Source: Klebsormidium nitens
Taxonomy: Eukaryota > Plantae > Klebsormidiophyceae
Direction of reading: 5' to 3'
NCBI GenBank assembly: GCA_000708835.1
Contig: DF236967.1
Span: forward strand, 335,015-399,014
DNA length: 64,000 nt
Below the pieces are notes generated by a model. It ran no database searches and was not told where the DNA came from. It saw nothing but the letters and a program-made list of their open reading frames with translations. The position numbers and the translations under genes were made by a program. Each line of letters opens with the position of its first letter. Within the stretch, counting starts at the first letter, position 1. Shown here one piece after another: positions 1 to 9,800 of the stretch.

Positions 1-138
1 CGTTTCTCACCACAACCGAAAAAACAATTCTAGACCAACCCTCGTGACACCATCGACTCAAACGTCAGCCCACCTGATCTCTCACTACTAACAAATCCGG
101 TCAGTTCACAAGATCGCCCGTATGTACTCTTAACCCAC

Positions 139-3100
139 CTCAAACGTAGCAAGCGCCCCAACGTACTTCAGCGCCTCCTCGTATCGCCCCAGATCCTCCA
201 GCAGAATCTTGAGGTACCATTCGTGCTCCCCAGCTCGCTTGGCAACCCACAGCGCGTGCTCGTAGTAGCCTGCCGCGCGGCACACCCGCACGGCGGTTTC
301 GACGTCGAAACGGTGGTCGCCCTCCGCCTTAATGAACTCGTCCAGCTTCGCCACGTCCTGGGGGCGACCAAGTACGAAATTCAGCCGCGATTAAAATGAG
401 ATTAACAGAGGTTAAGAGGGGTTACCAGGAGCGCCAGTAAAAGAGCCACGCAACTCCCAGAGGTGGCGCCTGGGGGCGTTATGTATCAATTATGCGGGAC
501 TTCGTAAAAGCCGCAACGGACAAGCACTGAAAGAGATTTTGCGGAAGGGGGCGTCTGAAACGCAGGGCTGCCATCGGATGGAGCTTAAAGACCAGAGCAC
601 AAGTTTGTTTGTCCGCAAGCACAACTCGCATAAAAGTGCCATTATCCACAGCGGTTCGTTTCAACCGAACTCATGGCCCGGGTCAGCATCAATCGAGCCC
701 CGCTCTTTCGTAGCTAAACGCATCAGTCGTTCCGACGTGTCGAGGCGGGACAGTGATACCACCTACTTCCCCCGCACTTCTTTCGAACGTCCGAAACGAG
801 ATTAAAACCCAGAGCAACACCCGGACGTCCGGGCCGCACTCTTTTCGAACGTCCGAAACGAGATCAAAAACCAGAGCAACACCCGGACGTCCGGCCGTCC
901 GCACCTTGAGCTTGGTGTAGCAGTTGAGGAGCAGCGTGGTGTGGTCCGCGGTGGCCCGCCCCTGCTCGTGCAGCTTCTCCAAATAGTGCGTCAGGTTGTG
1001 GATGCGCTGCGCGTCCAGGAACTTTTGGATCACGTACGACGGCTCCAGCTGCCCGATCGTGCGGATGTACTGCGCCATCGCCTCGTCGTAGTCCTGCGGG
1101 AAAAGGAAGGGTTAGCGAGTGAGGGTTTGTTTTCTTCGCCTTATGTTTTCCCCCTCCAGGAGTATTGCGGCAGTAAGCGGCGGGAATGGCAGCGTTTCTG
1201 CGGGCTGTCAATCGACACGAAAGGGAGTCGAGGGAAGCCCACGTATGGGCTTCGACCGGTAAAATCGAGAAGATTCTTTCGTGATGACAAAAGACACGAC
1301 GAAGGAAACATTGAAACGGCGGTTCGACCTCGAGCTTTTGCCAAAGAAGGGCTCGACACGGCTTTCCGCTCAAAAGCGGGCAAGCTGTTTTGTCCTCATC
1401 CATCGGACAATTTCTCCAGATTTTGTCGCAACCAGGTGAGGAACTTTCGATGAACAAGGACCCACAACAACATTCGAGCAAGCTTTCTGACCTGCTTCCC
1501 GTACAGGTGGTCCCCGTACTTGCGCATGACGTCAGCGGTGCTGGCGGCGTCGGCCTGCTGGCCCTGGATGAGGTTGATGGCGATGGTGTACAAATTTTTG
1601 CGGAACAGCATCTCCAGCTTGCTGCCCATGTCCTTCTCCGCCAAACACAGCGCCTGCGCAGCCGGGGGGAAGGAATCAGCAGTAAAACATATCCCCGCCG
1701 GGTGTATCTCTGTTTTGGATAGTGTCTAGGAAAGAAACCTTTGCACGACAGAGAGGAAGAGAGTCCAACGGGTTATGCTTAACGGCTCGGATTGTGACAC
1801 GTTCTAGGAAACGAAAACCCCCCCGCGCGCGAAGTCGAAGGGAAAATACTTCTCCCTCCGAGGCTTATGAACAGCCTCGGAGTTTCTGTATCTACAAGAA
1901 AGCCGAGGCCTCCATGTTGGACCATTCGTGCCGAAAAGCTCACCTTGTGATCGTCTGTCAGGATCGTGATCATCCCCCCCCCCGACAGCACGTGCTGCAC
2001 CCCCCCCACTGTCGCATTGTACGCTATCAGCTTGTTTTTCAGATCATACACCGTGACCACATTTTTCAGGGGGTTGCGCGGCTCTGCCGTCACGCACAGC
2101 AGGTACCCCCTGAACCAGGACAGGAAGCGCTTCTCCCCCTCGAACGCCCAGCAGGGCCCCCGCCCGTCCGCCTCGTAAAAGTAGACGGCTTCCGGACGTC
2201 CGAGAACGGGCTCGTTGGCGTCGGACATGGTGAGGCAGTGGGGCTGGCAACCGTGGGCGTCTAGTTGGCGCCTGCAGGGAGACATGGAATGCATCAAATG
2301 AGAGCGGTTCAGAGGACTGGTCCCCTCTGGCGACGAGTTGCCCCAAACCACTCTCAAACAGTCGCCAAAATCCAACATGGGTTGGGAAACGCAGAGCTCC
2401 AGAGTAAATGTCTGTCGTATGTTTGTTGCTGCAAAGGCACGTGAGGTAGACGCCCTCCAAAAAAGAGGGCGTGGATTCTGAGGGCCTCCTCAATTGGGCG
2501 ACGGTCTTTGACCTGAAGAATTTAGAAAGGTGTGCGCGTCCTACCCGCGTTCCTGACAAGAGGGCAACACGTCGCGCCGAATGGCTCAGACTTCCTGACA
2601 ACATTTGCCCCTTTTTGATTTGCTATTAAGAAGGGAAACGCCCACAGTGTTACTGATGTTTATGAAGATTCCAACCTGCGGCCTCAGTCTACGCCTCATT
2701 TAATACGCTGGCTTGATCCCGATGGAGCACGGACTGTACATAGATATCCGCAGCTAAATCATATTGATCAAATGCTTTCTGAAAAGCGAACCACAGGATG
2801 CGCAAGCGTCACCCAAACTGGTAATACGAGATACACTTCATCAATGGTAGATCAGGTTCCCACCTCTGCGGCGCACTCTGCGCCAGGTTGAATGACACAA
2901 ACACGTCCAGGGTGGCCGCAAACAGGTACAACGTACCCCCCTGAGACGCGGCCGTAAGGCCGGTCACTCGAGAGGGGGGCCAGTCATCCTCCCCTGGGTC
3001 CACAACCAGGCGTGTCCGGACGATGCGGTCCCGTCCAAAGTCACCGTGAAGCAGGTACACCTGTCCGTTGTTCAGGCCAATGATGGCCCACAGGCTGGGG

Positions 3101-3815
3101 GGGGCTTCCTCCAGAACAAGGAAGGATGCGATCTGCAGGGGGAGTGCTTCGAATCTCATGGGTTGTCAACAACTGGCGGGCTGAAGTCTCTTCGGAAGCG
3201 CCTGATAAGCAGGTCATGAATCATTTTTAAAGCCTCTGGAGCCGTTGAATAGAGCAATTGCTCAGCACTGTTCCGGAGCCAACTGGTGGGTTCTTCACGA
3301 GCACCTGGATGCCACCACTCATCGCATCAAAAGGAGCCTATGGGATTCCAGATCCAAGAAAGCTTCAATTGATGGGCAGACTGGCTGGCCTGTAACAATT
3401 GTGTCCTCACCTCCGCCTCTGGAAACTTGGACGTAAACACTTTGATTGTCTTCAGACACGGCGGCCCCCCTCCTGCTCCCCCCCCCTCCCCCGCCAGCTT
3501 GTCCATGTCCCAAAGCTTCACGACACTGACCCCCACTTTTCCTGCGGGGGGGGGCTCGTCCTCCCCCACAGTCACCAGCATATTCCGCTGCTTCAGCTGT
3601 TGCATCTGTGAAACGGTGTGACCATGAGCAGGAAAATTAGCCACCACTTTCAGGGACCGGTCCGTCACGACCACCGTCCCATCGGCCCCCCCAAAGAAGA
3701 GGTAGCTCCGATCGCAGCTGCTGCAGCGGAGGGGCTTTTGCAGTTCGGCTGGGAGGTCGCCCTGAGGGGTGCCGTCGTTGAAGAACTGGAACTTGCGCCA
3801 TTGGTAGTGCGCCAT
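139..3815 (-). CDS. VPS11: Vacuolar protein sorting 11 (CORVET/HOPS core subunit), N-terminal six exons; gene continues beyond the left edge
   Basis: Exons 3815-3411, 3132-2864, 2271-1944, 1653-1492, 1093-905 and 357-139 join at GT-AG sites. The product runs MAHYQWRKFQFF...GRPEAVYFYEADGRGPCWAFEGEK...KLEMLFRKNLY...KYGDHLYGKQDYDEAMAQYIRTIGQLEPSYVIQKFLDAQRIHNLTHYLEKLH...HTTLLLNCYTKLKDVAKLDEFIK, which is the hallmark VPS11 sequence. The C-terminal RING is not in the window. Confidence 0.97.
772..905. repeat. 62-65 bp tandem duplication of the first part of a VPS11 intron, unit starting at the splice donor
   Basis: ccgcact(t/c)ttt(t)cgaacgtccgaaacgagat(t/c)aaaa(c/a)ccagagcaacacccggacgtccgg occurs at 772 and 834. 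A third unit start at 899 coincides with the real donor (AAG|GTGCGG on minus). Confidence 0.9.
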
Positions 3816-4719
3816 CTGAGCTGGCACAGACTTTGTCAGTGCAAGCTTTGCTTTAAAATCTGGAATGCATTGCAGAAAGGCCGCTGGCGTGTAACCCACT
3901 CCTGCCTGAGGACGCACGCGCCTCCGCCTGTGACTACAGCCAATTTGTCAAGAAGCATGAATCGCTTGTTGACTAGGTATGTTCCTCCTCTTCTGGCTGC
4001 CAGTTCTTAGATGATCCAGCTAGTGCAGCAGCATCAGGGCGGCCAACGCTCTTTGTGGCTCTTTGTGCGAGCCCCATTGATTCAATGAACTGCAGGCTGC
4101 ATGAAGACGGCTAGACTTAGAAAATCCGAAAATGCAAGGGCCATCTGACTTCACCGGGCACTTTGTAACGGGAGGCGCGGGAAACGGGAGACAGAACCGT
4201 CGATACTTGCGCCGTCAAATGACACGAATCTCCCCCCTCAAGGTTCTTAAACCGGCACCCGTCGGTATACCTTCATCCTCCCGGTTGATGTACACTAGAA
4301 AGGTTTCTCACTGTAAAATCCGGGCCTGTCAACAGAGAGTACCTGGTCCTAACGAAGCTATGGACCACTGCAGCATGCATGCTGGCGCAAGCAAAGAAGA
4401 AGCGACCTTTCAAGAGATATTGAAGGACATTCCGAGCTGGCAGCTGCTCAAGCGTCAACATGAAACATGGCCCAAAAATCCTGAACTCCGCTCGCATCTT
4501 TGTTGGCGATCTGGAGTTATTCATGGTCAACAACTTGAGCGCGCTAGCTGTGTTTCGAAAGCTGTAGCAGGAGAGGCGAGAACTTTTCAAACCTAAAAGG
4601 GACACTGTATTTCACAAGATTGTGCATGGGCTTGAATGCAACAGGAGTGAAGCAGTGAAATCTCCCTTTTAGTACGCCTGGGCTGAAAAGCTGAGAAGGT
4701 TGGAGAAGGTTTTCAAGGT

Positions 4720-5654
4720 ATGGAAGGAGTCAGTCAACCGATTCTGCATGAGAAGCAGAAGCTGCAGTTGTGCCTGAAGCACACACTGAACAACCTCTTG
4801 CAGGTAAGCTGTCTGAGCAGGTAGTCAACGCATCGCTGGCTTTGCTCCCCCCTAAAGAAGATGCTCTGTTATCAAAGGGTTAGACAAAGGTGATATGGGT
4901 GAATAGACGTAGCTGAGAGCCCTTCGACTTTTTGTACTCCAGCTCGTTTGGCCCTTTCACTGGCTGACTGTTATAGTCTCAAGCACTTCTGTTCGCCCAA
5001 CTAAAGTTGAGATGACCAGTCAGAAAGTATCCCCAGAATCAAAGTGCCGATTGGGGGCTCCTGCAAAGCTTGTAAACTTGAACCATGCTTAGCACTTGAA
5101 GCAAAAAGGCTGTATGGTTCCCGCAGGGGGAGCACACCTTCACGCAGCAGGAGCTTAACAATCTCGCGGACTCCTTGGATGATCCCCTCGCTAAGCAAAG
5201 CGGGCCAAAGGCATCAGCCTGGTGGCCCTTCCACGCACATCACAATTCATTCATGGGAAACTATGATGTCAACGTGCTTATGGCTGCTCTGGCAGCTGTA
5301 GGAAAGGAAGTGACTTGGCTAGACAAGCGGAAGGGTGTGGAAGGTTTCAATTTCGAGACGGGGGAGCTAGACAAACCTGCAGTCATAGAAGAGTCCGATA
5401 GTGGTAGGAAAGACCTTGTGGGGTTCATCTTGAATGTGAAAAGGAAGTGGGCGGGCCTGATACCCGGCAGACACTGGATTGCCCTGAGGAAGATTGAGGG
5501 CCGTTGGTACAACCTGGACAGTGATCTGAGAAGACCATCTGAAATTGATGGAGGAGAAGAAGGGCTGCGACTGTTCCTGCAGGAATGTTTGTCCAAACAA
5601 GGATCAGAACTGCTTATAGTGTCGGAAACAAGGCATGATGGAATTCGAAGTTAA
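4720..5654 (+). CDS. JOSL: Josephin-domain deubiquitinase (JOSD1/2-like), 2 exons, ~203 aa
   Basis: Exon 4720-4803 (MEGVSQPILHEKQKLQLCLKHTLNNLLQ|gtaag) joins exon 5127-5654 in frame (GEHTFTQQEL...GNYDVNVLMAAL...GFILN...GRHWIALRKIEGRWYNLDSDL). The Cys, His and Asp catalytic residues are all present. Confidence 0.95.
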
Positions 5655-6837
5655 GTGTACGTTCTAAAATTAGCCTGTGATCTCGCCCGGCATGTACTTG
5701 CAGTGTGGTCAGCGTGGCGGGCTCGCGCACAGCTAACGAAGGCGAGTCACTGGGAGTAATGGTAGGATATACGACCATGTGGCATTTCATTAATTGTTGC
5801 GTTTGATAAGATCATTGTCTATGAAGGAGTACCGCATGCCCCTACTTCATATGCTTAAGCAGCTCGGGCCGACATGGAACATTCTGCAACTATAGCTTCT
5901 CATATATCCGACATAAAACGTTCGAAAATTCGTTCTTGCCTGGGCCCCCAGATCATTGAGTGATTAAGCATTGGCGATAGCATGCTGGCCCGGGCCGCCA
6001 ACAATGCAGAATGTCTGTTTAAGCGGCGGCATATGTAAGCGTGCTTGATGAGACTGCCTATCCAGAGCTCGTACATTGAAGATGTCAAAGCTACTCTAAC
6101 GTCATCAATCGCATCCATCAGAAACATATTTGAGACCGTCAATACCTGCTCAATACCGCGGTTTAGAGCGTGCTTTTGGAATCTCAGAGCAGTATGTTTA
6201 AAATTCTTTGCAGTAATCTTTCAGGGCCAGCTCGTCCTTACGGCACACTATTGGTTTCTGATAGTCTACAGATTGCCGACCTCCGAAAATACATACATGT
6301 CGGTCAATCTTGAACGCCATCCCGCGGTCTGCACGTGGAAAAGAAGCGTTGGTTATGACAATGGTCTGGCCAGTTGTCCTCCAGTAAGTCCCAGGAGGAT
6401 CGAGGATCCAACTCCCCTACTGTAAAGCGAAACGAGCTCGTGCTTCACCAAGACTGGAAGGAAAGGAAAGCAATGCAGGCTTTTGTCGTCGATTGGAGCG
6501 CACGTGATCCGGAGAACCATGACAAAAGGTTCCGACTGACGCTTGAACACAGGCTGGTAAAGTGCTTTTATGGCCGAACTTAGGCACGTAAATCCGGTAA
6601 GATTCAGAGTAGCCAATGGCATCAACGCTTCTTATCAGAGCTACCTTCAGGTACATCGGGGCACTAATCCGCACACTTCCGAACTACGAGACCAATGTCA
6701 TTTACCAAAGGAGGTCGAAGACGTCCTAGGTACACCGCACCGCGCCTTGTTTTCTTCTGATGAAACAAAGCGCCGCGAAATTACTGGGAAGAAAGACGGG
6801 GCCTTACAATGAATGGCAGCCCAGCTGGTTCTAATGG

Positions 6838-9800
6838 TCAGCCGCTGCCCCCCCTCCATTTCTCGCCCGCACCGAAGCCCCTCACAGCGTGCAGCATCAG
6901 CTTTTTCCCGGCAGAAGCTTTCTGCCAATCCGCCCTCCAGCTCGCCGGCCCGGGGGGGCGGCTCTCCGCTTTAGTGGGCCCCCCCTTTTCGGCGACGGAT
7001 CCCCCTACTGACGCACCTGCTGCCCCGACCCCCAGGTCGGACCCGCTGTGTAACGACCCCCCCTCTCCGGAAAAGGCCTCTCCTATCACTCGCCGTATTT
7101 CTTCCGGAGGCGGGCCGTGCAGAACGATTAGCCCCGGGGGGGCTACCCGACCAGATGTTTCGGCAGTCGCCCGGCCGTGGGGCTCCACGGAGCTGACACG
7201 TGGCATGGGGAGCGCGAGAACGGCCCACGTGTGCGCTTTGCCCTCGTGCCGCGGGCGCCGAGGACCTCCTAGAGATGGAGAGACAAGTTTTTGGCGACTG
7301 CCCACGTCAATACCTCCAGGATCTGCGTGCTGTCATCGCGGCATGTTTCAGGATTGGCAAAACGCTGGACAGCAGCCTTGCGGGAAGCCCATTGTAAAGC
7401 AAGAGTCCAGTGTGCTGGCAAGAGTGCGGGGAGTAAGAAGGGAACTGACACTTACAAAGCCTGTTCGTAGCGGCAAAAGGCCTGAGCCAATGCGTGTTGT
7501 TCGTCTGTTGGTTCCGAAAATTGTTCTCCTTGACAGTTGCAATCTGTCGAAAGCTGCCTGTCTTTACTTCAGAGGCAACTCGACAGGATGTTTGACAAAG
7601 GAATGCTGGGTATTGAAAAGTGGTCTGACGTTGGGTACGAGAACTTATATTTTTTCTCGTCCCCGTCCCTTTTCTGAAGGCATCTTCTAGTTTACAATCC
7701 ACCTCACCTTGCTTCAATTCCGGCAAGAGAGCCGCTCCGTTTCCCGTTTCCTCGATCCGCTGGTCCTCCCTACTTCCGTCGTCCGCTTCCTCCGATCCCT
7801 CCTTCGTTCGCCCCAGCCCCTTTTCGTTTCCGTCCTCCAGCGTTCCGTCGTTTGCTTCTTCCGCTCCCTGTTTCTTCCGCCCCAACCTACTGCCAAGTTT
7901 TTTCCCCAGCTTTCCGTCCCCTGCCTCTTCCGCTCCCTGTGCCGTTCGCCCCACCCCGTTTCCGCTTCCGTTCCCCAGCGTTCCGTCCTTCGCTTCTTCC
8001 GCTCCCTCTTTCTCCCGCCCCACCGCGGTTCCGCTTCCCTTTTCCGGCGATCCGACCACTTTTGCCCGTCTCTTGGCCAGCTGCTGCTGCATCCAATCCG
8101 AATGAAGCTCACACAACTCCTCCCCTTCTTCCGCTTCGTTCCCGCACGGCACAAGCTCACCCTTTACGATCCTTTCCCGTTGACAACGCCTAAACAACGC
8201 TGCCCCCTCCTTTGTTTCTCCAGCAGGGGGGTCCACAGGCTCGGCTGGCGTCCCCCCAACAGGGGGACTTGCGCTCGCACCCCCACCGGCCTTCCTACCG
8301 CCTGTCTCCGTAACACCGCTTTCGCTCACTTCCAAAATGTCCGATCTCATCCTTCCCTGCCGTTCAGCAGCGGTGACGCTATTCGCACCTTCCCTGCCCA
8401 AGACTTTCCTCTGGCCGGCTTTCCTTTTCAGCGGACCCTTTGCCGCCTGCCCCGCCGATTTCCTCGCCGCGTACCAGCGCTTCCAGTATAGCCTCTGTAT
8501 CTCGGCGTGCTTCGCGCATTTCGGCTTCCCCTCCAGGGCTGGTGATTTGCAGTTCGTGCACTTTCGCTCCCCGGTCACCAGCACCACTTTCCCTCGCTTC
8601 GGTGTCCCCGCGGCTTTCTTCCCAACACCCTTGCTTGCTGCCTTTTCCTGCGTCCCGCCCTGGCCCCCGTCTCTCGCCCCTCTCTGCCTAGCGCGCCACA
8701 ACGCGGATTGCCGGTTGTTCGCGTCATTACAATCTCTGCACCGCACCCTGCCTCTTAGAGCCGGCTTGCGACAATCAACGCACCCCCCTGCACCGCCACC
8801 GCTCGATCTGCCCCCCCGGGACACCCGAACGATCTCCCCCTTTTCTCTCTTGCGCCCCTTGCTGCCAGCCGCATTGGCGGATGACGTCACACCCCCGACC
8901 CGTTCCTCTCTGGCGAGCTGCGCCTTCGCTTGCCACCGCCGCTTGTACTCCTCGTACTGGTCGGCATGGTGGCGGCACCGCCTCTCGCCGGCAACTGCCG
9001 CCTCCCGACACTGCCAGGTCCGCTTTCCGTCCCTTACAACGCACCTTCTTTCCACGTCCGCACCGGCCACCCTTTTACCGCTGACGTCACCCCTTCCTGG
9101 CGGTGACGTCAGCAGCGGCGAACCCTTCCCGCCGGCCGCTCCTTTCCTCGCCCGCTTGGCCCTCTGCCCCGCGTACTTGGCCCGCACCGCGTCTGCCGCC
9201 TTCCGTTTCCCGCTCTCGAGCGCCACCGACATCCCGCCGAGCTTCTTTACTTCGCGCAACGTCTTCGCTGCCACCCGCTTCTCATCGTCGTTCACCTTTC
9301 TTCTCTTTTCCGACCGGTTTGGCTCCCCAGACGCTCGTCTCTTCACCCCCACCGTCGGCGCCGGTCTCGTCGGCTCTTCACCCATAGTCAGCCTCTTCGC
9401 GCCGGGGAGGCAGGCATAGTGTTCCCGACACAGCTTCGACCCCTCCAACCTGGGCCGAATGCACGTCCTCTTGCCATGCGCGTAATGCCTACACGTCGGC
9501 CTCTCCTCACCCCCTGTTTCCGCCCCTGCCGCTGCCCCCCCCTTTGCGGATTGCCGCCGTTCTTCACGATCCTCGTCTTGTTCCTCCATCTGCAGGCGCA
9601 TCCTCCTTTCCTTGTTCCTTTGGGTCCTCGTAACCCAGGCCTTATGGTACGCGCACAGAGCCGATCCGGGTGTAACGTCCCTCTCACATTTCTCGCATTT
9701 CCTCAATCGCTTGTCCCTTTCAGACCTCGTTACCCCGCCCTTATGCCACTTGCACAGAGTCGACCCGGGCCTAGCGTCCCTCTCACACTTTTCGCACTTC

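Noticed and set aside
479-805. Short ORFs in the VPS11 intron
   Set aside because: The flanking exons already give contiguous VPS11 sequence (YTKLK|DVAKL), and the ORFs have no motifs.
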